64,000 bases of DNA from Acanthaster planci (GCF_001949145.1 NW_019091359.1:276021-340020), one strand, 5' to 3'. Positions 29,003 through 41,896 are shown, counted from the first letter of the stretch. Program-made: numbers and translations. The notes: a model not told the origin generated them from the sequence alone.

Positions 29003-29176
29003 ATATGGGTGATTCACAGTAGTGCGCCTCCAACAGTTTGCAACGCGTTAGCCAATCACATCGCGCGAAATTTGTCGACCCTTTCCAAACGCACATTGGG
29101 TCGACATATTTTGCTCACTGTGATTGGCCAACGCGTTGCAAACTCTTGGAGGTGCACTATTGTGAAACGCTCGTAT
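29003..29176 (-). mobile_element. Palindromic MITE family A, copy 2
   Basis: Same arms (GCCAATCAC, GAAATTTGTCGACCC); spacer in the opposite orientation to copy 1. Confidence 0.85.
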
Positions 29177-30171
29177 TGATTAATAGATGATATCTGAAAA
29201 CAGGCCTATCATTTGATACGTAGAAATATCGACAGCGAGAGGTGTTATTAAAAATCAAAAACTACAAGAACAGATTCAGCTATTGAATATGTGCAAAACT
29301 GTGACCTACTAGTTCCTATGCCATTCCTCACTAAGAAAAAGTCACTGAAATAATGACGACGTGTGGTAATAGAAGCTTTTGTTCTTTGCGTGTGAGTTTA
29401 ACATGATACTGTTGTTCTCATTTTGTAAAACAAATGGGAGGTCTTCAAAATTTCTACCGACACTGAAATATATGTGTTCAGGAACTTGAGACCTGACGAA
29501 AACTGAAGGGTCAGACGACATCCATCCACCATCTCAGTCTTGTTTACAACCAAGTTTATGTCACAAATTTCAAAGCCTTTTTTTCGATTGGCTGACGGGA
29601 AAAGCTGGGTAAAATATGCGGCGCGAACATGCTTTAAATGTTCAGAAGTCTTCGCCGAGTGAAGCCTTAAAACTCACTAGCAATAGTGTAGGTACCCAGT
29701 TTACCTGTCCCCTACCAAACATTCTGAGAGTATTCACCGTTTCTTTCCATGAAAGTTTGTCCTCCCTCTAAAGGATGTATTCTTGGCCATATATGTAGAC
29801 TAATGTGGAAACGCAAATTTGGTAAACGTTCCAGTCACAATTTGCTGTATCATTTGGTAATAAACGGCTTGCGTAGCAACTGTGTAGTACTAACCTACGC
29901 GCAGGTACGAAGGGCAGCCGAAGCATTAAAGTGCGCACCATACTTAGCTTCATGCTAAAACGACTGTTACCCACTTCGGACTCGCACCCGAGTTAAGCCC
30001 TGCTCAGAGCTGTGCTTAATTATTCAAAATGGTAGAGCACAATGAGTCAACAGGAATCAAGTTAATCTAGGGAGTGACGTTGAAGGATTGACACAAGTCA
30101 GCAATTAACACGAGGCGTTTGTTTAGGCTGTAGTTCATTGGCTTATCTGCATAGCGCAAGCCCTTCTTTAA

Positions 30172-30728
30172 AGGGACCATGAAATAGAAACATTTTACTA
30201 AATTGTACTAAAACCCTTGAAATTGGGTTTCAATTTACTTGATTTGAAATTTTCGTTTTGCAATTTTAACCCATATTTTGGAGCTTTTTTGGTTTTTGTA
30301 CTAATGTACATTTGCATATTCATGAGCAAAACTATGCTGTCATCCAAGGTACCGAGCCTCAATGTTACACTGATTTGTGCACAGAAAATTTCTAGATTTT
30401 TTTAAACACTGCTATCATAGATTTCATTTCTTTCGGCAATTTATTGTGAAAGTATACAGCAATAAGCAAGCAAGCAACCTTTTCAAATATACATTTTCAG
30501 ATAGCAAATTTGGAGTTCACAATTTGAACATAAAAACATACAAACTGAACCATGTCTTCCTTGATTTACATCAAAGTAAAAGCGCCCTCACTTGGTCAAT
30601 TTGGAATGTTTAAAAAGTGCACTTTTCAGTTAACGTAACTCAACAAAAATGTCAAGTCTTCATACATTTACGAAGAGTACAGAGACACACAAAAAGTGAT
30701 TCTGAGAAGAATTCATTTCATGGATCCT
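30172..30728. mobile_element. Non-autonomous DNA transposon with TTAA target duplication (Kolobok/T2-MITE-like), 557 bp
   Basis: TTAA|AGGGACCATGAAATAGAA ... TTCATTTCATGGATCCT|TTAA; AT-rich non-coding interior; AGG...CCT termini. Confidence 0.7.
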
Positions 30729-33603
30729 TTAAAGGTTTTGCCAAAGCTGCATGCGTGAAGTTACATGAATTTTATTCTTGAATTCTTGTTTCAATTTGTT
30801 TCTGTCGCAAAGGGGGACTTAAAGATTTGTCGAAACTCGTTTTGTGAATTTGACCCAGTTTGCATGAGCCTTATGAAGAAAGGACAATAAGTGGCAATAT
30901 TCCGACATTTGGAGCCTTGCTGAGCACACAGTTAACGATCAAAGTTCGTGAGACGTATGCCATACAGTATCCCTGTCTGGGCTCCAACTAGTCTCTCATG
31001 CACAGCGCAGCAAGCTCACCACGCGTCGCCTGACGGTTGTGGCTGTATTCACGGCATAGCAGCGGCAGTCCAAAAAATCGTGACGTGGCTGACATTCAAC
31101 TAATCAAACCAGTAGCCGCTTGCTAACAGCTCACGAGGAGCGCAACCAAACTCCACGGAAAAGCACCTACGCTTTTTAGAAATCACGACCAACAAATCAC
31201 TTTTTTTGTGTCCGCTCAAATGAAACTTACGAGAAGGAGCGGCGCCACTGTGCGCAGGGGCTTCGCTAGTCCGCCTACAAAACACGTTCTACGGACCGAC
31301 AGTAACACTCCCATTATAACCCGTTACCTTGAAACGTGTGTAACAATGGGTCAATTTCGCTGGGTATGTCCGCCGCCTCAGTCGTAACGTGAGCGAATGC
31401 ATTGTTCGAGAAATTCTCCAGTCTCGTCCAAAGTCACGTTTTCGAGATCTCCACTTCACAAGACCCTTGAAAGAAAGCTCGTGACGACACTGGTTGTGCA
31501 ACGAAGTAAATCAGCGTACATGTATTATCCCTTTTGTATTGTTGGTCTAAAGTTCCGAGATTCACGTGGAGACAAGTAGTATTCGATGAAACGAACGTGA
31601 CACAATGGGCCAGAACAATAGGGAAACAGGTTTTCAAAAACTGCCGCAGTTTTCACCACGCATGATCTTACCATGGCCATGACGATATCGCGCATTTTTT
31701 ATGTTTTTGTTCCCATGGGAGATTGTCACGCAATTCCACAAAGCGGATGAAGTTGCCGTTGTTTGGCGTACTTCTGTTACATGATCTATTGGTGTCCAAT
31801 TTTAAACTTGAACCTTCATCGCAATGCCTTCATAGAAAACACTTACAAGAGAAAAACGATGAACAAGTTAGCAAGTGGCAACGTTGAGTGCCGTAAATTG
31901 GACTGATCTTGGAACCCTGTGTGACTTTTGAAGCCTTATCTTATCCTGCCTTTATCAACACGCGTTCACTGACAATATTATTTTGTGATGAAATGAATTC
32001 TATTAAAGTCATCTCCTGGCTCCTGACGAGAGTTAGTCCTGTTCCTGCCCTTTACAAACGTAACTTATTGTTACCAACACTTTAAGTGTGTTTTGAACAA
32101 AGGCTTGAAGTTTTACAAATGCTATGATTTCACTTGATTTATTTAATTTGCCCAACGTTGCTCCAATTAAAGCCTTGTTTCCATATGGTCGTAACTATCT
32201 GCCCACATGCGAGATGTCAAGGAACAGAAGGCGGTGTATAAACACAGTGTCGCGGTGTAACGTATTGAATTCTCAGTTGGACACAAAGTTGCCATGTCAT
32301 ATGCCAATCATGTGATTGCGGTTAGAACGCCCTAAACAGGTCTAAAAAGTCTTTAGAAACTGTTATTCAAGGATTTTTAACGCCAAAGCTTTGGTTACTG
32401 ATTGAAATGTCATATTCCCCCAGCACATATAGCCCATGTGACGTGATGTAGATAATATGAAATGTGAAAAAGTCCCGAAACAGCAATGACCATGAATGTG
32501 GTCAATATTACATGTAGTTTCAAAGCAGTAAACTTTGAATCTTTCTCCAGTCTCCAAATACCCACGTGTGGAATAAACTGTGTCACGTCGGAATAGCATG
32601 AGGGATTTTAATCACCAGCTGACAGACGTCAAATCTCATGCTGTCTAAGTTTTTCTAACCTTGACGCGCGCAGTACGTGGTGAACTTGGAGTGTCAGTTG
32701 ACCAAATATACGACCAATCAAATTGGTTAAACTATAGGATACGATCCGTGGAGACGCAGAAATTATAAGGCAAATCACAACTCGTCTAGTTCAGCGGTCT
32801 AATGATGTGATGTATAACTGTTTTCTTTAAAGGCTTTGCTCACGGTCTGCACTCGACTTGCAGACTGGACTCCGGAGCTTGCGCAGAGTTACCAGGCGCC
32901 GTTAGGTCGCTCCCCCGCCTGGATTGCCTCTTGCGCCAGGCCGGTAAGCGAGGGAAGGCCCGCTAGGCCACGCACGCAAGCGACAGCCCCTACCGGCGCA
33001 CCCGCTAAGGGACACGTTTTTTTTTTCTTGCTTTATGGTATAGGGCTGACGTGCCCAAACGCACGAGAACTGGGATTTCGGCGATCGCTTGATGTTGCCT
33101 TAAAGCTGCGCTCTTGCCACATCATCAGCCTGCGCGTAGACTCGTCTCAAGAGAAATTTTTAGTTCCACACAGTCCGAACGGGATCCCTATACTTGCAGA
33201 AAACATCCCTAATAAACGTTAGGGGGAATTCTATCATGAATTTTGTTATTCTTTAACTGGGTATTAGTCCCTTGAAACCGACGTCTAGCGCACAGTGTTT
33301 AGTGCACGTATCATCGGAAGACATACTAACTTTCCTTTGGAGGCAAGTTTTATTTTCTCTTGTAAAATGTCCCTAGTGCAAGACCGTGACCCATTTACTG
33401 CCGTGCTGTCATCTGGGAGCATGTATGATGCAGTCGACCTTGGCCGTGACACCAATTCCACCCCGGCCGCCCGACTGTTTGACATTAGCTGCTCAGTGTG
33501 CCAACAGTGTGGTCCCAAGGTTTCTGGTTCCTTTGGTTGTGTGCTAAAGGGGTGCCCGACTCGACATATACCCCCATTTGAATGTGATAAACCATGCTTA
33601 TTA

Positions 33604-33721
33604 GGCCGTGTCCAAAACGGCTTCTAGAGCTACGGCTAGGTCTATTGTCTGCGCGTCTCCACGCGTTTCCAATGGAGTGAAGACCTACACCTAGCTCTAG
33701 ACAACATATTCGGATGCAGCC
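33604..33721. mobile_element. Short MITE with TTA target duplication (PIF/Harbinger/Tourist-like)
   Basis: TTA|GGCCGTGTCC...GGATGCAGCC|TTA; inner arms TCTAGAGCTA..TAGGTCT / AGACCTA..TAGCTCTAGA. Confidence 0.65.
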
Positions 33722-35846
33722 TTACTTCCATCAACCGCCTTGTGCACAAGTCGGCCATCTTGAATTGAAAGCGAGGTGATTCAAACAATTCAATGACAAG
33801 TTACAAATCGACCTAATTGAGCTTCATGAATGATTCTGAATTGTCATCATCTCAATTTTTCGGCCCAGATGAACAGAATTTTCGCAAGCGAGATGAACTA
33901 TGCAATCTACAAAAGAAAACATACTCTCTCATTGAAGAATGTGTAGAAATAAAGAGGATTTCGCGTGATCTGCAACGGTTCTGTATCGAATAAGGCCCAT
34001 GTAACAGGCATTTTTGGGTCCTTCTCATTGTTTATATTGCTTTTAGATTGGTTCTCGTATGCCATAAACAAGAATAGAGCGACAGACAATCAGTCTGCGA
34101 TGCTAATGTGTTGAAAGCCGAATAACCCGTTACATGAACTTTACATAGGCCTAATGTGAATAAAAACGATTCAAAACAGTCTATAGATACAAACCAAATT
34201 CATATCTTGCTAAAAAATTAATGGTTAGGCTAAACGGCTATGTTCAGCTATCTTTTCTGAAAGGTTCTTCCCCAATTCTATCTACCACACACGTTTACCG
34301 ACGAGATAAAATGTCACGTGAACTGAAAGATGAACTGAGGTTCAACTTGGCAGGCAAGTTAGGGGGTTGATTAACCTACTAGGGTGCCGTTTAGTGAGTT
34401 TGGACCGCCGGCGCAGAGTTAAGACTATATTATACCCGACTAGTCTATTCTCAGGAAACTTCACAGTGCTTTACATTAAACAAGAGAACATTGTTTAGTA
34501 TGAGAATCCATCGCATACTATTTTAAATGAATCTTTCTAATATAGGTTCTCAAATGGTATAGCATTCATTTTTTTGGCTTGGTCATCTTGCCAGATGACT
34601 TTATCCATTCCTGAAACAACTGTTGTTGTTAAGTTCTTCGTTTGAAATTCAATTAGGCCACGGAACAGACCAGATATACTAAGTCCTTTGAATAAACAAC
34701 CCTCGATATTGAATTTTTTTTCCTCAAACATAAAAAAATAGAAATTTCTATATGTAACCTTTCATGACCTTTCGAGGAATGAGGCTAAGTTAAGGGGCGC
34801 ATGACGAAGCAAGGGAAGCGAAATTCCCCCCACCACTACCACCAAGAAAATCGCCCATTTCTCATTATGTTTTTCAACAATAACCCCAAAATGTTCTTTT
34901 TAGGGGAGGGATGACCAACGTTGCCCCTGAATCCGCCAATGGCCATCTTGATCTTTTCTCTTAATCGTGTACCATTTGAACTCAGCCGTTTTCCAAAATC
35001 TGTTTCCATGCATAAAACTTTGCTCCTTAAAGGTTGGTTCATTCTATACTGGCTAATGTGAATTTGACTTCCAGAAAGATTTGCAGCAACATTTCGCTCG
35101 AGAATTGTCAGCACAAACTATTCGATCTTCCTTCACAAATTCCCGTTTGTGCTCTTTTCACGCCAATGAACCGGCCTACTACAGGCGACTGCGAAAATGA
35201 GTATGAATCGGGTTGTAGTCTACCAATACAGCGCCAATACCTTCTGGAAAAAAAAACCACTCTACGGCCCATCTTCGAGCGTCTCAATTTGTAACAGTAA
35301 CGACACAAGGTTTGTTGACATTTCTGTATTAATCCATTTTGCAATACTTCATGGTCGAATAATCCGACCATGAGGACACGAGCGTTGTCGTGTTTGTGGC
35401 TCGCCAGGCATCACGCGGGCGAGCATCTGTCCATCAGAGGCGGGCAGAAAATACCGCGTGATTAGCCTCGCCAAATGATATTTCTGCGCACCAAGAACAC
35501 GCATGGGAAAAAAGGCAAGGGAAGAATAACAAGCAAGATTTTTTTCCCGCGTGTCCAACTGGGGCTACAGCTGCGAATTAGACGACTGCCGGAAATCGCT
35601 CTACCTCGGGAATGGGACTGTTTCGGCGAGATCCAATTCCCCAAAGGCGATCTTTATTGTCCAGCGATCTCTCCCACGGTGATCGAGAACCACTCTGCTA
35701 TTCGCAGTTTTTGTCCCTTCATTCTGGAGCACAATTTTCCCTCCTTAGTCTTGAAAGATAGAGAAGAAAAGAGCGGTGTCTTCTATCACATTACTTCAAG
35801 TATTTTGAGACGCATCGTCTATATGTGCAGGAACCCTATGCAACGA

Positions 35847-36020
35847 ATAGGGGCGATTCACAAGAGTGTGCCTCCAAGAGTTTGCAACGCGTTGGCCAAT
35901 CACAACGTGCGAAATTTGTCGACCCAGTGCGCGTTCGGAAAGAGTCGACAGGTTTCATGTGTTGTAATTGGCCAACGCGTTGCAAATTCTTGGAAGCGCA
36001 CTATTGTGAATTGCCCGTAT
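35847..36020 (+). mobile_element. Palindromic MITE family A, copy 3
   Basis: Same arms and spacer orientation as copy 1; lies next to the 3' part of the LINE fragment. Confidence 0.85.
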
Positions 36021-36049
36021 TCTGTGGGGATTTGGGCCATGTTTTTGGT

Positions 36050-37330
36050 AAGGTGAATAGTGATAAAAACATAACATAAGAATTAATTGGGGGTAAAAAA
36101 AAATTAGCCTTAAAGCAGACAACATAGTAATTACTAAGAATTGATTAATCGGATCATAGAGGGGATAGATGATTTTCACATGGTTGAGTTTCAATCAAAG
36201 GCATTGTCAAATGGTTTGAGTTTCTACGAGTTCGTTCGGTGAGGGTGTACCTTGAATTTGGGAGCAGTGAACGGTGTCTTCCAGAAACAAACAATATTTT
36301 GGCAAATTGAATGGTAAGGTCAACAGTCTGTCTGAGAGCGGTTTGATATTGTAAAAACTGAGCGCATTTGTATATGGTAAAATGTTTGGGTAAGAAATTA
36401 TGCGAATTGCACGTTTCTGGACCCTCTCGATACTTTCAACTTGATTGCAAATCAGACCTGAGGACCCCACCACTGCACCAAACTCAAGCACAGGACGAAT
36501 GTATGTCTTAAAAATACAAACAAGATCATTTCTGTTGATACCATTTTTCTTAAGTTTACTTAGAATATAAAAAGTCTTCGTGGGGCATTGAAAAAAAGTT
36601 GCTGAACCTGCTGGTCCCACCTTAGGTCATCTTGGATGATTATTCCAGGTAACTTGATAGATGAAGCAAGCTCAAGTTGCGCATCGTTAACATTAAGATG
36701 CTGAGGAGGCGGTGGATTACGCAACGAGATATGCAAAGCTTTGCATTTAGCAGGATTAAGTTTCATATCGTTTTTGGAACACCAGTCAGCAAGTAAAATG
36801 ATATGTAACTGAATACTTGATGATTGCTGCTTGTTCCTTGCTCTCAAGAATATTCAGATCATCAACATATTTCTGACGATTTGCTCGTGTCTGAGCAGCA
36901 TTGTTGACCATGACGAGAAAAATTGTGGGACCTCGACCTGATTTTGTGCCCTGCGAAACACCACAAGTGAGATCAATAGGTGTGGAAGTAATGCCCCGAA
37001 AACGAACAGTATGGGAACGATGTGACTAAAAACTGCTAATCGTTGGAAGGAGGGATCTGTCAATCCTATGGCTGAATAAGTTTTTCCTCTGCAATTGTGT
37101 GATTAATGTGGTCAAAAGCTTTACTGAAATCTTCTGCACACAAATTCACAAAAATTCCAGTCTTATCAAGGCCGCTGTGAATTGTATCAAGCATACTGAT
37201 GAGATAATGCTCAATCGAGCTGCCCTTGATATTACCAAACTGACGGGGATCAACAGCTGATTTAGTAATGTCCCTCATAATCCAATCAGCAAGGAAACTT
37301 TCAAAGATTCGGGCTATTACAGACGTTATA
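36050..37330 (-). mobile_element. Decayed, 5'-truncated non-LTR retrotransposon (LINE, CR1/L2-group-like) reverse transcriptase fragment
   Basis: Minus-strand motifs in the correct order: ARIFESFLADW, DPRQFG, DFSKAFDHINH, LTCGVSQGTKSG, catalytic YVDD (36858-36869), DWCSKNDMKLNPAKCK, YIRPVLEF, IERVQKRAIRII. Broken by frameshifts and an in-frame stop (37026-37028). Boundaries approximate. Confidence 0.92.
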
Positions 37331-37928
37331 TAAATTTACCTCATTCCTCTTACAGTGCCTTGCAGGCTGATGAAGGCCCTGCCACACAGAGACAACATGA
37401 AAGGGTCGAAAAATAGGTCATTGTAAAACATACTAGAAAGCTGCAGGAAGAATTTCCTTTTGTAAATTGGATCGTGGAGTAGATCATCAACGATATGCCG
37501 GCGAAGCCCCCGTTTTGACACAAAACTTTAATTTTGTCAAGTTGTTGACCGGAAAGGAGGAAGAGTCAGAGAAGGGAGGGTGTCTGCTTTGCTGGGGTTT
37601 GTCGCCAGACGACGAATTATATAGTTTTGGGTGCCCCCATCTGGCTAGCCGATAGAGATCGGCCCAGTCGATGAGTGATGGATGGACCGAGACGCTAATG
37701 GCTCACTGGGTAAAGATCAGTGGTTTGTCGGTCAGTTAGTTGGACGGTCGGTCAAGTTATGTCATCTGTGGTCTTCAGAGACCGAGAAGTATTACGGACA
37801 TTATTAATCATTTCCCCCATCTCTTATTTGTTTCGAGGCATAAGTGAACCTCATGATGGCTTATAAATCGTACCTAAAATACACGCCTTAACTAAACGCT
37901 TTATGTATTAAAACCAATACACAAACCT

Positions 37929-38118
37929 TTTCCGCTTTGAGCAGAAGGACCCCCTCATCGGTTGAAAAGAGCTACATCGGTTGGGAGTGCGCATTTTGTG
38001 CGTAGCGATGCGATCGCATTTCATGTACTCGTTTGTTGAACAGCGAAGGTCAGTTCCTACCAAAGGAGCCTGCGTTGCTAGGGAAAAGGTCCCCTCTCTT
38101 GGTTCAGCTAGGGGTTCT
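37929..38118 (+). mobile_element. Interspersed repeat family B, copy 3 (more diverged)
   Basis: GAGCAGAAGGACCCCCTCATCGGTTGAAAAGAGC...CCAAAGGAGCC...CCCTCTCTTGG is colinear with copy 2. Confidence 0.75.
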
Positions 38119-40223
38119 CAAGGTCGCCAAGTTTCCATAGGCCGAAGTATGTTTGCCACTTTATTCTAGCAATGAACAGTCTTCGCTACGGTACTTACTC
38201 GTTAACGGTATGGACGGAGAGCGCACTGCAAGCGCGTTTACGTAAAGGAGCGTCAATAAAGGTGCCTTTCCATCATCTACATGCACGTTTTTGGGGTGCG
38301 TTACGACTACGATGCGTTCATGTGCTTCACTTGTACAGACACGAAAATCAACTCCATCAACAAAACACACGCGTGCGTTGCGTTGGGCAGTCAAAAGACG
38401 GATACGCACGTTTGGCGCAACTATTGACGCGCATATGGTGAAAGGCGTCTTAAGTCGTAACGCACAACGCAATATAACAGCCCGTAAGCAAGACCGAACC
38501 CCTACACACAGAGTTAAAAAATTGGTATCGACTAGAGAATTAACAACAAGAAGGCTGTAAAGCTGAACATTCAAACTTACTACCGGCTCAACAAAAATGA
38601 CATAAACATGCCTTATTTTGCATCAACAATAAACACAACGAATGAAGTCTACATGGCCGTTACAGGGCTGACATCATGAAACCTTTGTCGCTCCCGAATT
38701 ATCGAGTTGTGACAGAATTCGTGTGAGGACGGCTGGGCCAACGTTTTTGAAGTGCCAATATATATTGAAGCACCGTTGATTCTAGAATCAATTTCAGCTT
38801 TTGTTACAATGAAGCTCTAAACCTAAACTTCCTTTATAAATTTTTATTACACTATCTGCAAAAATTATGCATTTACTTGTGGGCATACTGATAAAGATGA
38901 AACATAATCTTCGAGATAATGAAATGAATATGACAGGAATCATCGACTTCATGTCGCCTTCAGAGCCAGCATCTTGTACTAGTCTCTCAATCCATCAACT
39001 TCCCATGGAGACGGTCTTTGCTTTTAATTCCGACTTTTAATTGACGGTGTCTATTTCTGTACATCGACGACTTGTTTTAAGGCTAGCTGTTATTGAACCG
39101 ATTTTTAGTGTTTTTTTTCTTTTCCCTTTTTGGGTTGTTTCTCGTCTGTATCCCTAGTGGTTGTCGTCCCGAAAGTGCATCTAGTGTCAATGAATGGCGA
39201 TGTCCTGTATATTTCTGTCAGGTTTATGGACAGTGTTCCTACAGCGAGTCGGTTCTAATCCAGACAGATTTCAGCTTTTCTCCAAAACGGACTGCGAAAT
39301 GAGAAAACACGCGTATTAATATTAATGGGTCTAGTACAAGTATCCACTATGAAAATCCTTACATAGGACTTTGCATTCTCGCTGCCAAATGAGCGTCCTC
39401 CATTCTCTATAGTTTTTTTTGTGAAGACAGAAATGGAATGATACCGTAATACGTAGAAATCACAGGGGACACTGGGTCTCTTTAACGTGGAGGAATATAA
39501 ATTGTGCGTTTATCTTTCGTGCGCGTAATCCCACGCCGATGATACTGAGCCGCAAGCGAGGCCGGGCAGCCGGTCCCCGGGTATAAGCGGGCCGGACCCA
39601 CCGATAACACTTCGACGCATCCAGTGGGCGGGTTGGGATCACGCGGAAAATGATCCTGCAGCGGGGGAATATATTCCGCTAATGCCGCTTTCACTTTTTT
39701 TTTCGGAATCCTCTTTTCTGTCTGTTCCCGGGAAAAAAATAATACAGGTCTAGCTATTTTCGGGACATGCATTAGGCCTACCTGGAGATTGACGGGCGCC
39801 TAATACAGTGAAGGCCATCATTTCCATTAGATTGTGCATGTTGAGAGGCATTTCTGGCAAAAAGTTCTGCTGGTATCAGCATACGAGTAAACCAATTAAG
39901 CCTGTGCTGGTACCCGCTGAAGGAAAATATGATGGATGGACTCGAACAGACATATCAGGAGGCAAAATTGTTCTTTCAGGTCACCAAACCCTTAGATCGA
40001 GTGCTGGTATCAACCTCTAATCTCGATTCTGCGCCTGACTATTCTCACCAGATATAAAAACGAACTAGATTTCTTTTATTTCATTGATCAGATTGTGACA
40101 TAAAGTTTTTAAAAAACGACAGAAGTATTGATTTTGGCCCAAAATGGAGATCTGACCAACTTAATTAGAACCAAATGTCCCCGGGGATGAGCCAATGTTT
40201 AGAATTTCTAGATGTGAACTGCA

Positions 40224-40396
40224 ATACGAGCGATTCACAAAAGTGCGCCTTCAAGAGTTTGCAACGCGATGACCAATCAAAAGGCGCAAAATCTGTCGAC
40301 CCTTTCCAAACGCGCACTGGGTCGACAGATTTCGCGCACTGTGATGGGAAACGCGTTACAAACTCTTGGAGGCGCACTATCGTGAAACACCCGTAT
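40224..40396 (-). mobile_element. Palindromic MITE family A, copy 4
   Basis: ATACGAGCGATTCAC...GTGAAACACCCGTAT; spacer TTTCCAAACGCGCACT (reverse orientation). Confidence 0.85.
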
Positions 40397-41863
40397 GCAT
40401 TAAGAGTGAAGAATTATTTTGTACGATTTGTACGAACCAGATACGCCTCCAGTCACCTATAATTAAAGACGACAAGACGCATTTTGCCATGGCAACCCCT
40501 ATCCCCGGAGTTTTGAAAAATGATCAAATTTCCTCCATTTTGTCGTCAGGTTGATGAATTTTACTGACCTGTTTGTCGGTGTGCTTTCAATGTAAACATA
40601 ATAATATTGTTGCATTTGTTTAACCCAAATTTTCAGAATTTCTTTATTACTTCATTTTCAGGTAAGGCTGATGTGGCTTAAGATGGCCGCTTGAGAAATG
40701 TTGGACAATTTGAAGTCTACATAAAAAAATATTTAAACATTTTGTTTGTCATTTTTGGAAGAGTTTAAGCTTACCAATTCGACATGTCAATAATTATGAG
40801 AAAAAAACCCTGCGAATGTTATGATTGATCGACATATTCTGCTACTATACTTTGTCGTTTTCATATGTGTCACAGTGCTCTGCACTCCATACAATCATTG
40901 GAAAAAAGAATTCCTATTGAGATAAGAGACTGTTGCCTTTTTTATTTTGTGTGTTGTATTTTCAAGGCTGCCTTTGAATATCTATATATAATTGCGTCAA
41001 CGAACAGCGCTGCCGTGATCAAAGCACCCATCCTTCAAAGAGAAACCAGCTTCAGATAAAAGAGACACACAATACTAGTTGCCAATAATTTCTTCATCGG
41101 GCATCGCAAAAAAAAGAGCATGCAGGGCCACTTCCATGGCGCTTTTGTGCAGATGCTGCCAGATCGATGTTACGCCCCCTTTTGTAACCAGAGGACGACG
41201 CACGATAAATTCACGGCTATAGTCGTAGGCGCTTTCGTACGTTAGTGCCACTTCCCCCTTCCCCATTGCGATCGAAGTATTCTTTAAAAAAAAAACAAGC
41301 CACCCCCTCCCCATGGTCCTGTAATTTCGACTCGTTTTTCTTGTAAACACACGCCTACCGTATTGCAATATCACGCTTGGAGAGAGTTGCTGATACTTGA
41401 AAGTAATTAGGACCAGTCCCTGCAAATTACTTGGGAAATCAATGACGCTGAGATTTTACTAGGAACGAAGGTTAACGACCGCACGTTTTTTCTTGCTCTA
41501 CATGGGCGGTCAGAAAGTATGAATATAAGCAAGACGAAACACCAGATTAAATCACTAGGAATAACCGTAAACTAATTTGATTGGATGTTATCCAATGTAT
41601 CTTTTGGAGGGAACCATATAGATTTTTGTTGTAGGAAACTAATCCAGTCTTCTCGGTCTGGACCACGAGATCACTGTATTAAGCATACACTCGTCAATCT
41701 TTCCGATATCGGCAGAACCATGATGCGACCTGTAGATCGTAGTTTCGGCTGACGTCATCATGTCCCATGCACCTCTACGATTCACCAGTTTTGATACTAG
41801 GCCGTGTTCGCGACACACATTGCTTGGCATTTGATTTGACCATATTGCACTGAGCAGAGCGGA

Positions 41864-41896
41864 AGACAGGAAAGGACAGGACAGGACAGGACAGGA
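41864..41896. repeat. (GGACA)n pentanucleotide microsatellite
   Basis: agacaggaaaggacaggacaggacaggacagga. Confidence 0.85.

Noticed and set aside
35475..36056. Longest ORF in the track (193 aa)
   Set aside because: C-terminal third is MITE A copy 3; no domain or splice support.
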